NCBI GenBank assembly: GCA_963785305.1
Contig: CAWAUV010000001.1
Location: 1 to 64,000, forward strand
Length of the DNA: 64,000 nucleotides
DNA from: an uncultured Planctomycetaceae bacterium
GTDB taxonomy: Bacteria > Planctomycetota > Planctomycetia > Pirellulales > PALSA-1355
Direction of reading: 5' to 3'
Shown: in pieces, positions 45,501 through 55,770 of the stretch
Numbering within the stretch: position 1 is the first letter of the stretch
Layout: each line of letters starts with the position of its first letter
Notes under the pieces: model-generated
The model's input: the letters and a program-made list of their open reading frames with translations, nothing else
Told to the model about the DNA's origin: nothing
Database searches by the model: none
Translations under genes and position numbers: made by a program

Positions 45501-46171
45501 TCGACCGTGGCGCCGCTCGGGCCATCGAGCGATTTCACATCGGGCACAAGCTGGATCAGGTAGCCCGAAACAAAACGGGCGGCGATTCCTTTTTGCCGCA
45601 GGGCTTGCACCATGAGCCACGCCGAATCGCGACAACTGCCGGAGTGGTTCGTGAGGGTTTCCTCGGGCGACTGCACGCCGGGATCGAGACGGATCGTGTA
45701 TTGCACGGCGTCGTGCACGAGATTGTTCACCTCGACCAGGTAGTCGACGGTGCGCATCGCGTCGCGCGGAAATTTTTGCAGGAACTCGGCGAGCAACGGG
45801 CCGGCCGGATCGGTTTCCAAAAAAGGCTTCAGCTCATGGGCCAGCGCCTTTTCATAGACGAACGGGAATCGCTCGGCCGCGGGTTCGAGAAAGAAATCGA
45901 ACGGATTGATGACCGTCATTTCGGCCACAAGGTCGACTTCGACGACCAAATGCCGCGTCTTTTCGGGAAACAAGAGCCGCGCCAAGTAGTTGCCTTGCGG
46001 ATCTTGCTGCCAGTTAAGGAAATGGTTTTGCGGCTCGATGCGCAGCGAATAGCTCTCGATTGGCGTGCGGCAATGCGGCGCCGGCCGCAATCGCACCACA
46101 TGCGGATTGAGCTGGATGAATTTGTCGTAGTGATAGCTGGTTTTGTGATGCAGCGCAACGCGGATGCCCAT
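42599..46171 (-). CDS. Transglutaminase domain fused to DUF2126 putative amidoligase
   Basis: Triad GSCRDSAW, DLHAW, LDAT; then LTMGGEPTFVS, GKWYPGEPLPRW, TPDPGVIEVN, TGGGNH, HRAEFCIDKL, EFRAFEMPPH. Intact, 1190 aa. Confidence 0.92.
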   Translation of the reverse strand: MGIRVALHHKTSYHYDKFIQLNPHVVRLRPAPHCRTPIESYSLRIEPQNHFLNWQQDPQGNYLARLLFPEKTRHLVVEVDLVAEMTVINPFDFFLEPAAERFPFVYEKALAHELKPFLETDPAGPLLAEFLQKFPRDAMRTVDYLVEVNNLVHDAVQYTIRLDPGVQSPEETLTNHSGSCRDSAWLMVQALRQKGIAARFVSGYLIQLVPDVKSLDGPSGATVDFTDLHAWAEVYLPGAGWVGLDATSGLFAGEGHIPLACSPDPPSAAPITGSRESCESTFDFEMSITRVREDARVTKPYTEDEWLKIETLGRAVDADLSAGNVRLTMGGEPTFVSIDDMDGEEWTIAALGPNKRRLSADLLLRLKQRFGEGGFIHYGQGKWYPGEPLPRWALGCYWRTDGQPAWENPNLIADFSHDYGFNERQASQFVAALADRLGLEREYAIPAYEDPWHYIARERRLPTNVDPLQSRLTDKTERERLARVFERGLGSVVGYALPLEPMGGGWRSGQWFFRQENMFLFPGDSPMGLRLPLDSLPWDVPDPTQLADVDPFAPRGPLPPRRGSDFDNGRYTPGGSRRNAHGSGDNGSAGNGSAGNGSAGNGSAGNGSAGNGSGNWPAGSREANGHPLHRQARQMVGAADGGAHGGGAGAGYEYGDPAEQALRDPVAELDAQTAAALQMGQPCPGIVRTALCVEAREGRMFVFMPPVRRVEDYLELVSAIESTAAELQMPVMIEGYAPPHDPRLRHIKVTPDPGVIEVNVHPAETWNELVTITEGLYEDARLSRLGTEKFNLDGKHTGTGGGNHIVLGGATPADSPLLRRPDLLRSLVAYWHNHPSLSYLFSGAFIGPTSQAPRVDEARHDSVYELEIAMRQIPDHGQVPSWLVDRLFRHLLVDLTGNTHRAEFCIDKLFSPDSSTGRLGLIEFRAFEMPPHARMSLTQQLLLRAMIARFWKMPYEHPLVRWGTGLHDRFMLPHFVGQDFSDVLDELRRAGYTFDDRWFAPHHEFRFPLIGELDKRGLHLELRHAIEPWHVLGEESSSQGTARYVDSSLERLQVKVEGMTDPRHVVTCNGRRVPLHPTGVVGQYVAGVRYRAYQPPSCLHPTIPVDAPLVFDLIDTWSQRSIGGCTWHVSHPGGSNSGSFPVNAFAAESRRASRFFKMGHTPGPVATPPVEIDAEFPLTLDMRRRPASRP
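44332..44417 (-). repeat. In-frame 15-bp tandem repeat encoding (GNGSA)n
   Basis: Plus-strand unit CCGAACCGTTGCCGG five times plus an 11-nt partial copy. Confidence 0.95.
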
Positions 46172-46178
46172 CGATGGT

Positions 46179-47276
46179 TCAACTCTCGTTTGTTGACGAC
46201 TTCGCGGCGTTCGGCGCCGGAAATCTATTTGGGACCCAGGGCAGCTTCAATCTTCGAAACGGCCGGTTTTTGCCACATGGTTTGGGTTTGCGATTGACCG
46301 TTGCCATTTTGCGCGGGCGAACGGGCGGAGCGGGCTCGGCGCCGAAAAACGTCTCGGCCACCCCGGCCCCGACATCGGTCAGTTTGTCTTGAAACGAATC
46401 GATGAACTCGTGCAATCCCGCGTCGATGATTTCTTGCACATGCGCATAATCCAACTCCGACCGCAGCCGGCCCAAGCGCTGCTCGGCCGAATTGCGAAAT
46501 GTTCCGATCGGGCTCCCCGTGATCTTGAGCAGCGACTCTTCGCTCTTGATCAGGCAAAAGTGCATGGCCCTCGAAAATTGGCGGTCGAGCATCAGGAAAT
46601 CGGCCACTTGCGAGGGCGTGATGCGTCCGTGCTCCTTGCGGTACATTTCGAGGGCGCTCGTGCTCTTGAGGAGCGAGGCCCACTGGATCGTGTCGAGCGG
46701 CGTGCCCACGTCGGCCACGGTCGGCAGCAGCGTGTAATACTTCACATCGAGAATGCGGGATGTCTTGTCGGCCCGTTCGAGCAGGCGGCCCATGCGCACG
46801 AAGTGCCAAGCCTCGTTGTGGCTCATGGTCGAGTCGGTGATGCCTTGCACCAAGTGGCTCGACCACTTCACGGAATGAAAGAACTCGAAGGCCGACGTCA
46901 GGAATGATTTATCGTCCGCGGCGCGGCGCACCATCAAGAAGAACTTGTTAATCTCTTCCCACATTGCCTGACTGATCATGTCGCGCACGGCACGCGCGTT
47001 TTCCCGTGCCCGGCGAAGGCACGAAAGAATCGAATTCGGATTCTCGCGATCGCTGGTCAGGAAGGCGACCACTTTCTCTTGGCTGAAGTCGCCATAGCGC
47101 GAGAGAAACACCTCGTGGTCGCCGGTCGTGTAGACCAGGGGCGCCCAGGAACCGTTGATCCCGGTGCCCAAGTCGAGCGTGAGATTGAGGTTCACGTCGA
47201 TGAAGCGGGCCACGTTCTCGGCCCGCTCGATATAACGACTCATCCAGAAGATGGAATCCGCCACGCGACTCAACAT
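46179..47276 (-). CDS. Alpha-E domain protein (DUF403); C-terminal tail possibly frameshifted, true stop may be 46225
   Basis: MLSRVADSIFWMSRYIERAEN, NPNSI, ARENAR, GRLLERADKT. Confidence 0.92.
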   Translation of the reverse strand: MLSRVADSIFWMSRYIERAENVARFIDVNLNLTLDLGTGINGSWAPLVYTTGDHEVFLSRYGDFSQEKVVAFLTSDRENPNSILSCLRRARENARAVRDMISQAMWEEINKFFLMVRRAADDKSFLTSAFEFFHSVKWSSHLVQGITDSTMSHNEAWHFVRMGRLLERADKTSRILDVKYYTLLPTVADVGTPLDTIQWASLLKSTSALEMYRKEHGRITPSQVADFLMLDRQFSRAMHFCLIKSEESLLKITGSPIGTFRNSAEQRLGRLRSELDYAHVQEIIDAGLHEFIDSFQDKLTDVGAGVAETFFGAEPAPPVRPRKMATVNRKPKPCGKNRPFRRLKLPWVPNRFPAPNAAKSSTNES

Positions 47277-47423
47277 GCTTTGGGTCTCCCGCCTAGGAGG
47301 ATTGGATTGCTCGGTTTGCGATTCCGCCCGCGATTCGGTTCAGGTCGCCCGGGTTTCGGAATGTGCCGCGGGCAACGCCTCGAACGATTCCGGGGGTTGT
47401 GCCGCCGACGATGCGCCGCGATT

Positions 47424-48856
47424 TCATTTGATAACCCAGGTGTCCTTGCTGCCGCCGCCTTGCGAGGAATTGACCACCATCGAACTTTTGACCAGCGCCA
47501 CGCGCGTCAGTCCGCCCGGCAACACGAAAATATCCTCGCCATAAAGAATGTAGGGCCGCAGGTCCACGTGCCGCCCCTCCAAGTGATCGCCCACGATCGT
47601 GGGCACGCGAGAGAGCGAAAGCATCGGCTGGGCGACGAAATTGCGAGGGTCTTTCACGATCAGATCCCGGCATTTTTCCAACTCGTCGCTCGTGGCCCGG
47701 GGACCGAGCACGATTCCATAGCCGCCCGATTCGTTCGTCGGCTTTATCACGAAGTCGCCGATGTTGGCGAGCACCTCGCGACACTCGGCCTCCTCGCCGC
47801 ATACCTTGGTCGGCACATTCGGCAAGATGATTTCCTCGCCCAGGTAATACTTGATCATCGCGGGCACGAACGCATAGACCGCCTTGTCGTCGGCCACTCC
47901 GGTTCCGGGCGCGTTGGCCAGGGCCACATTGCCCTTGCGATACACATCCATGAGCCCATGCACGCCGAGCGCCGAGTCGGAGCGGAAGGTCTTGGGATCG
48001 AGAAAATCGTCGTCGATGCGGCGATAGATCACATCAACCCGCTCCAAGCCGCGCGTGCGTGCGCATATAGACATAGTCGCCCGAGACCGTGAGGTCCGAG
48101 CCTTGCACCAGTTCGACACCCATCTGCTGGGCCAAGAAGCAATGCTCGAAATAGGCCGAGTTGTAAATGCCCGGCGTCATCACCACGACGCGCGGATCGC
48201 GGGCCGCCTCGGGCGCGATATGCTGCAAAATCTTGAGCAACTGCTCGGGGTAATCCTCGACCGGCAGGATATTGAGCCCCTCGAACATCTGCGAGAAGGC
48301 CCGTTTCATGACCTCGCGATTCTCAAGCACATAGGACACGCCCGACGGGCAACGCAGATTGTCTTCGAGCACGTAAATCTGGCCATCGCGATCGCGCACC
48401 AAGTCGGTGCCTGTGATATGGCACCAGAATGCCCTTGGGCGGATGCAAATCCCGGCAAGGCCGCAGCAAGCACTTGCTCGAGCTCACGAGCCACTCGGGC
48501 ACGGCCCCATCGCGAATGATCTGTTGCTTGTGGTACACGTCGTCGATGAAGAGATTCAGCGCCCGAATCCGCTGCTTGAGCCCGCGCTCGATGAAGTCCC
48601 ATTCCTTCCATTCGAGGATGCGGGGGATGATGTCGAACGGCCAGATTTTTTCGGTCCCGGCTTCGTGACCGTAGACATTGAAGGTGATGCCCATGTTGAG
48701 CAGGGCCAAGTCGGCTGACTTTTGACGCCGCTGGAGCTCGCCTTCGGAGAGGCTTTGCAATTTGTGGGCGAGCAGTTCGCCGCGAGCCCTGGGCCGGCCA
48801 TCGGACTCGAACATCTCGTCGTAGTAGCCTTCGGTCTTGTACTGATGAAGGTCCAT
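47424..48856 (-). CDS. Circularly permuted type-2 ATP-grasp protein; frameshifts near 48410 and 48060
   Basis: [86 protein letters not shown]. Confidence 0.93.
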
Positions 48857-49240
48857 CGATGCATCCTGTCGTTCGCCGCCTCGACCTCGAACCAAGCCCG
48901 TTTGCATGGGGGGCGCCAACTGTTGAAATTCATCGGTTCGCATGGAGCTCGCCCCCCCGGGTAGATTGCGACACGCCTTTTTTCCGAGCCGGGGGGTGAT
49001 CGCCCTTCCCCGGTCTAAAACGGCAGTGGCTTCCCGATCGCCCGCCATTCTAGGAACTTCGCCGCGCGGCGTCGCGATCTATTCGCTGGCCCCGCTTCTT
49101 GATACTCGCCTCTTGGTAAAGTTCACCCTCGGTAAACAGCGCGACTACCGGCCCCGGCGCCTACAAATGTGGCAGGCGCGGACCCTGGCTTAAGCACATT
49201 TCGCCCCGAGAGAACTGTTTCCAGGGCTGGGGCGTGCGAA

Positions 49241-49257
49241 TGCAACATCCGTGCCCA
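49241..49257 (-). promoter_or_regulatory. Candidate sigma-54 promoter for the ATP-grasp operon
   Basis: The minus strand reads TGGGCACGGATGTTGCA, against the consensus TGGCACG-N4-TTGCW. GG-N10-GC spacing is correct and it points toward 48856. Confidence 0.5.
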
Positions 49258-49283
49258 GCCGGAAGGCGCGGGGGGGCCGTTCG

Positions 49284-50981
49284 TCAGCGAGCGGGCGAAA
49301 CCAGCGCCTCGGGCCGCTCGAGCACGAAATAATGTCCGTGGTCGGCCGTCACGATCACGGCGGCATCTTTCCAAGCGTGGTGGGCCTCGATCCAAGCGGT
49401 GATCACGCCGAACGCCTCGTCGCCGCTGAGCATCGCGCCGATCGAGTTGTCGATATTATCCTGGTGGTTGGCCCAATCCGTGTCGCCCGCCTCGACCATG
49501 AGCCAAAATCCCTTGGGATTCCTTTCGAGCACCGTCAGGGCCGCGCTCGTCAGGTCGGCCAATGTCGGATTTTCCGCGAGGTCGGCCGGCGAATAGTCCT
49601 CGGCCACGCCCTGGGTCAGTAGCGGAATCGGCGGCACATTGCCCCGCAGCGAGCCGCTGATGAGCGCCGGGCTCAATGTGGGATTGTAGCGGCCATCGGC
49701 GGTGCGAAAGGGCAGGTGGCCCGGCACGACGCCATGGAATCCAAACAGTCGCTTGCCGCTGGCCGCCGCTTGCTCGGCTCGCTCCCGCAATGAATTGGCC
49801 CCCTCGACGCCCGACTCGCGCTGGGCCACGACATAGCGCCCGCCATGCTGGGCGTCGATCGCTTTCAGATCGGCGGCGGTGATGTAGGTGTTGCCGGGCA
49901 CGAAATTGGCGCCCTGTTCCGCATGCGTCTTCCGCGATTCGCCCCAGCCGGCGCCCAGCAGCACTTCGACTCCCGGTAGCGGATGCTCGGGATGCGAGAT
50001 CGACGGCAGGCCGACCATGTCGCGCGTCAGGTCTTGGTAATCGTCGCGATACACATTGCTGGCATAGGTGGCGGCCGGCGTGGCGTGGCTCACCGGCACG
50101 CTCGTCACCACTCCGATCGAGCGCCCTTCGGCTTGTAACCGCCGAGCGATGGGCGTCGCCTCGCGGCCCTGGGGGTCGACATTTATGGCATCGTTGTAGG
50201 TCTTGATGCCCGAATTCATGCTCGTGGCCGAAGCGGCCGAATCCGTAACCGCTTGCGGCTCCGGCCGGCTAATGCCGAGCAAGTAATCGGGTTCCGTGGG
50301 CACGGCCCAGGGCGTGACGCCGGCCTTGCGCCAGTCGTAGCCGCCCGGCTTCGTGCCGCCCACACGCGACACGGTTTGATTGTCGACATTCCACTTCGTG
50401 CCGTCGTTGTGGGGGCTGGTGACGAAATAGCCGAAGTCGGTCGGCGCGTCGGGATGGCGATAGTCTTGAATGCGCAACCCGGTCCCGCGCCCTTCGTCAT
50501 AGCCCACTTTGTTCGCGGCGACGATCGCCGAGGCTCGGGTCGTGTGCCAGTCGGTGCCATCGAAGATGAAGAGCACGATATATTTCTTGCCGCGCTCGAC
50601 GGCGAGTTGCTGGAGTCGATAGACGTCGGTCTGGTCGCAATAATCCGCCGTGGGATTGAAGGTTCCGGCGGGCAGGCGGCCATAGAGCTCGCCGATCTTT
50701 CGTTCGTTGCGATACAGGCTATTTTCCCCGGCGAACGATCGGAGATCGATGCCATAGGTATAGATGGGAATCAGCCGGTTCGAGTGCTTCATCCAGGCGG
50801 CGTAGGCCTTGGGAAACAAGCCCCAATGTCCCCAGTCGGCCACGCCCTGCTTGACCGCGGATGTTTGCAAGGCTCGCACATGATCCGGCGGATCGGCCGA
50901 ACAACATTGCGCGCCGCCCAGGGCTCCGATGCCAAGCACCGCCAGATTCCACGCGGCGCGACGCACGCAAGACACAAACAT
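49284..50981 (-). CDS. Alkaline phosphatase (PhoA-like) with N-terminal extension
   Basis: Signal peptide; IFDG, TDSAAS (catalytic Ser), HATPA, EAGDTDWANH, TADHGH. Confidence 0.9.
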   Translation of the reverse strand: MFVSCVRRAAWNLAVLGIGALGGAQCCSADPPDHVRALQTSAVKQGVADWGHWGLFPKAYAAWMKHSNRLIPIYTYGIDLRSFAGENSLYRNERKIGELYGRLPAGTFNPTADYCDQTDVYRLQQLAVERGKKYIVLFIFDGTDWHTTRASAIVAANKVGYDEGRGTGLRIQDYRHPDAPTDFGYFVTSPHNDGTKWNVDNQTVSRVGGTKPGGYDWRKAGVTPWAVPTEPDYLLGISRPEPQAVTDSAASATSMNSGIKTYNDAINVDPQGREATPIARRLQAEGRSIGVVTSVPVSHATPAATYASNVYRDDYQDLTRDMVGLPSISHPEHPLPGVEVLLGAGWGESRKTHAEQGANFVPGNTYITAADLKAIDAQHGGRYVVAQRESGVEGANSLRERAEQAAASGKRLFGFHGVVPGHLPFRTADGRYNPTLSPALISGSLRGNVPPIPLLTQGVAEDYSPADLAENPTLADLTSAALTVLERNPKGFWLMVEAGDTDWANHQDNIDNSIGAMLSGDEAFGVITAWIEAHHAWKDAAVIVTADHGHYFVLERPEALVSPAR

Positions 50982-51172
50982 CGTGAGAACTCCAGACCGA
51001 TATCGCGACGCGACGGGACAGAACACTGGAACCGGGAATGTTCGGAACGACTTTCTCGCCGAGCGGCAAGTATACGCGCGGCCGGCGGGCCTTGCCAACA
51101 ACGTGCGCGAAGCGATCATGTTTTCACGTCAAGTCGCGACCCGGGCGATCCAACCAACTCCCACCACCGCGT

Positions 51173-52479
51173 TCAATGTTCCGGAAGCTCCGCGATTCGC
51201 AAGCGGCGAAACGAAAGGTCGGTCGTGGGGTCGTGGCCCTGAATCTGAAGGACGCCGGCCTCGGTGCAAAGACCATTGCGACCGTTCGCATTGGGCTTGC
51301 GCGTGTCGGTCCAGTCGGTCACGGGGTAGCCGTTGACCCAGGAGGCCATGTGCGGGCCATCGGCCGTGAAGGCGAGCGCGAACCAAGTGAAGTCGTCGGC
51401 CACGATCCGCCGGGCCGATTCGCGGCGATAGATGGCCCCGGTGCCGAAGTCCTTGGGCAGCGAGCGATCGTTGTCTTTCATCGCGTTGTTGATCTGGCAT
51501 TCGTAGCCTTGCCAAAATTGGCCCGGCAGGGCGCGGAAGAAGATGCCCGAATTGAGGCCCTTGCCATTGGAGAAGACATCGAGCTGCATGATGAAGTTGG
51601 CGTATTTGCCATCGCTTTCGAGCGCGCCGTTGCCGTTCTTCACATGCAGCACGTCGCCATCCCGCGCGGCGGAGTCCTCGCTCGCGGGCGCGTCCTTGGC
51701 GGCGACGACCGAAAACTCGCTGGCGTGGCCGGGCAGCACTCGCCACCCGGCGAGATCGCGGCCATTGAAGATGCTCGCGAGCCCGAGCGGGCGGAGCTTG
51801 ATATCGCGAAATTCGACCGATCCTTCGCGGAATTGTAGTCCGATGAAACCGGCGAGCGGCCGGCCGCGATTGCCTTTGTCGGGCGTTGGCGTGGAGTAGT
51901 CGAGCACCGGTTTACCATCGAGCACGACTTTGAAATCGCCGCCCTGGGCCGTCACTTCATAGGCATGCCACTCGGCATCGCCCGCCACGACTTGGCTCGT
52001 TTTTTTTCGCTCGACAAACGACCCAGTCGGAAACGGGCTCGTTTCCGGAGCGGCGATGTTCAACTCATAGCAATCCACCGCCGGATTCGTGGGCTTGGCG
52101 GCGGTGCGGAGGAACACGCCGCTATTCGTCTTGGGCGATGCGCGAAATTCAAGCTTGAGCACATAATCGGCAAACGTGCTCGTGGTCGTGAGCAAGCCTT
52201 GCTTGCCCTCGGAGACGTGAATCGCTCCGTCGGCGACGCTCCAATTGGCCTCGCTCTGGGGCCGCCAGCCGAAGAGCGTGTCGCCATCGAAGAGCAGCAG
52301 CCAGCCGTTTTCGATCTCGGCGGGCGAGAGTTGATTGTGCCCGGCGGCCTTCGTCGCGGCGGGCTCCGCGGCGGCAGCGCCGTGTTCGACATGATCGCCA
52401 ATGTCAGCAGCGCGAGCCGCGCCGCCTTGGCCGCGGCCCCACGGTGAACGGATCGCGAGGAAAAAGAATCACGGTGCAT
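51173..52479 (-). CDS. Tandem DUF1080 (3-keto-disaccharide hydrolase-like) secreted protein; frameshift near 52370
   Basis: Two domains, with NSGVF..YE..I..G.IGLQ and IFNGRDLAGW..NSGIF..YECQI..GAIY..QIQGH. Confidence 0.87.
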
Positions 52480-52501
52480 GACGGATCGTCTCCGAAAATG
52501 T

Positions 52502-52999
52502 CTATTCATTGGGTGGATTCGGCTCATCGTTCCCGGCGCCGGGTTCGGCCGCGTCGTCGTCGATTTCCAGTCGCACTTCATCCAAGCGCCCGCCGCGCTG
52601 CTCCGTCGCTCGATCGATCTCGGCGGCATATTCAAGCTCGACGATCAATTCGTTGCGCGGCGCGAGGAACGCCGTGATGTCGAACCGCCGCGGATGGCGT
52701 CCGGCGATGCATCCCAACGGATGGCCGTTGATCGCGAGCCGCGCGGCGTCGTCCGCCCCCTCGCAAACGAGCCATACGCGCGTCGTGGGAGTGAGTCCGG
52801 TGGGACAAGCGAATCGTCGCACGCAGCGCACGCGACCGCAATAGTCCGTCCCCAGCAAAGGCGACCAATCGCCCGGCATCGCGAGCCGACCGCCGGCCGG
52901 CAGGTCACGTTCGATGGTTTGGCGGCGGCCGTCGACGCCTCCCACGAACCGCGCCACCGGCTCAAGCTCCCAGGGTCCACGTAAACGAATGCGATGCAC
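52502..52999 (-). CDS. Stand-alone GH2 sugar-binding (galactose-binding-like) domain protein
   Basis: IRLRGPW, RRFACP, VWLVCEG, INGHPLG, FDITAFL..RNELIV. Confidence 0.7.
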   Translation of the reverse strand: MHRIRLRGPWELEPVARFVGGVDGRRQTIERDLPAGGRLAMPGDWSPLLGTDYCGRVRCVRRFACPTGLTPTTRVWLVCEGADDAARLAINGHPLGCIAGRHPRRFDITAFLAPRNELIVELEYAAEIDRATEQRGGRLDEVRLEIDDDAAEPGAGNDEPNPPNE

Positions 53000-53066
53000 G
53001 CTCCACCTAACCTCGCGGAATTTGGCCGCGCGAGAAAATTCCGAGAACCGCGACCCCGTCCGTAAT

Positions 53067-55770
53067 TTATACCGGCTCGATCTTTGGTGGCGAACCTTCG
53101 ATCGGCAAGGTAAATCGCAACGTCATGCCGCCGCCGGGTCGATTGGCGCCGGTGATTTCTCCATGATGCAGACTGATGATCGCCCGACAAAGCGTGAGCC
53201 CGAGCCCCACGCCGCCGCGACTCGATGGACTGGGCGCCTGATGGAATTTGTCGAAGATGCGTTCGAGCTGGTCTTCGGGCACACCCGGCCCGTGATCGGC
53301 CACTTCGACCATCACGGCGCCCTCGGACCGTGAGGCGTTGATCTCGATCGGCGAGCCGGGCGGAGTGTGTTTCACCGCGTTTTCCAAGAGGTTGATCAGC
53401 ACCTGCTCGACCAGGAGCGAGTCGAGCGGCACGAGCGGAAGGCCAAACTCGATTTGGGTTTGCACCTGCCGGCCCTCGAGCGACCGCGACACGCGTTCGA
53501 GCACCGCGCCGATCACTTCCTCGATCGGCTGCCAGTCCTTGCGGGCCGAAAGGCCGCCGGCCTCGATGCGGGTCATTTCGAGTAGATTCGTCACCAGCCG
53601 GCCGAGTCGTTCGGATTCGTCGAAGATCGAGCGGGCGAGCTCGGCCCGGCTCGCGGGGTCGAGCTGGGCGTCGTGATCGAGCAGCGCGCTGCTGGCGCCC
53701 ATGATGGCGGCGAGCGGGGTGCGCAAATCGTGTGACACGCCGCTATAGAGCGAATGCCGCAATTGTTCGGCCTCGACTTGCAGCCGGGCTCGCTCGGCCG
53801 CGAGCGATGGCGCACGCGTTCGACCGTGAGCGCCAATTGGCCGGCGAACGTTTCGAGCAGCCGCATTTGTTCGGGACTCAATGCTTGCCAGCCCGCCTCG
53901 CCGGCGCGAAGCGTCAAGATGCCCACGGTGGTCTTGTGCGTGCGGAGCGGCAAGAACAAGGCGCTGCCGGCCGGCAAGGTATCGGTTCCGCGACCGGCCG
54001 GCTCGCCATGTTCATATACCCAGCGGGCGATCGCCAATTCCGACTCGGCCAGCGATCCCTCCATGCCTTCGGGACGCAAAAGCCGCAAGGGAAGCTCCGG
54101 CAGCGGCGGGTCTTCGGGCACAAGCAGGAAGATTTCGCTCCGAAACATTTCGCCCAAATGTTTCGCGGCCGCGGCGGCGATCTCCTCCGGCGCCGTGACT
54201 TCCACCAACTCACGACTCATGGCATAGAGCGCCGCCGACCGCTGTTCTCGCTGCCGGGCCGAGCGAATCTGAAACTTGATCCGCGTGGTAAGAGTGCTGA
54301 TAACGAGCCCGGTGAGCAGCATCACGACAAAGGTAAACGCATACTGCGCGTCGGCGACGACAAACGTAAACCGCGGCGGCACGAAAAAAAAGTCATACGC
54401 CGCCACTCCCAGCACCGCCGCCACGATCGCCTCGCCGCGCGCCCCAGGCCGACACCGCGACCACTCCGAGCAGATAGGTCATCACCAAGTTTTCCGGCGC
54501 GATCCGCGGAAAGAGCCAATACAGCAGATCGCCGAGCGCCGTGCAGAGCGCCACCACGCCCACGGCGCCCAAATAATGGAGCGCTCGCGAGCGACGCGGT
54601 CCGATGCGCCGCGCGAGCCGCCGGCGGCGTCGTGTCGCCGCTGATGACATAGATGTCGATATCGCCGGAGCGGCGCGTGAGCTCATAGACATAGGAACCG
54701 CCGAGCAATTCCTTCCATCGCGGCTGGTTCGGCTTGCCCACGATAATGCGCGAGATGTTGTGGAGCCGCGCATATTGCAGCACTTCCTCGGCCAGATCGG
54801 CTCCAGTGGCGGTCGCGGTTTGTCCGCCGAGGCGTTCGGCGAGGCTGAGTGTTTGCGCGAGCCGCTCCGCGTCGGTGGCGGAGAGATTGGCCGTGCTCGG
54901 GGTCTCGACATGAAGCGCCGTCCAGGGGGCGTGCAGGCTGGCCGCCATGCGGCGCGTGGCGCGAACCAGTTTTCCCGACATGGGACTCGAACTGACGCAT
55001 ACCAAAAGCCGGTCGCCGCTTGGAATCGTGCGCTCGATCGCGTGCTCTTGGCGAAATGCCGCCATTTGGGCATCGACCCGTTCCGCCGCGCGACGCATTG
55101 CCAATTCGCGGAGCGCGATCAGGTTGCCCTTCTGGAAGAAGTTGTCCATCGCCCGGGCCGCTTGCTGCGGCAAATAGACTTTGCCTTCGCGCATGCGCTC
55201 GAGTAGATCGTCGGGCGCGATGTCCACGAGCTCGATTTCCGTGGCGTTGTCGAATACGAAGTCGGGCGTTGTTTCGCGCACCACGATGCCCGTGATCTGC
55301 GCCACGACATCGTTGAGACTTTCAAGATGCTGCACATTGAGCGTGGTGTAGACATTGATGCCCGCGTCGCGCAGCGCTTCGATATCTTGCCAGCGCTTGG
55401 CGTGGAGCATGCCGGGCGCGTTGGTATGCGCGAGTTCGTCGACCAGGATCAACTCCGGCTTCCGCTCCAGAGCCGCCTGCAAGTCGAACTCCGGAAGCTG
55501 GGCGCTGCGGTAGCTCATCATGCGCACCGGGAGCATGTCGAGCCCCAACACCAGGGCCTGTGTCTCGGGCCGCACATGCGGCTCGACATATCCCACGACC
55601 ACGTCACGGCCTTCCTTGGCCTGCTTGCGGCCGGCCTCGAGCATCGCGTAGGTTTTGCCGACTCCCGGCGCGGCGCCGAAAAAGAGCTTGAGCCCGCCGC
55701 GGGCACTGCGCGCTTCCTCGGCCACCACGCGGGCCAAGAGCGCATCGGGATCGGGACGCGTGTCTGGCAT
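53067..55770 (-). CDS. kdpD: K+-sensing histidine kinase KdpD; frameshifts near 54600, 54440 and 53800
   Basis: RPDPDALL, GAAPGVGKTYAML, VDELAHTN, KRWQDI, NVQHLESLND, a USP domain, 4 TMs, GAF (GRGTDTLP), SHDLRTPL, NLLENA, GLGL. Confidence 0.93.
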
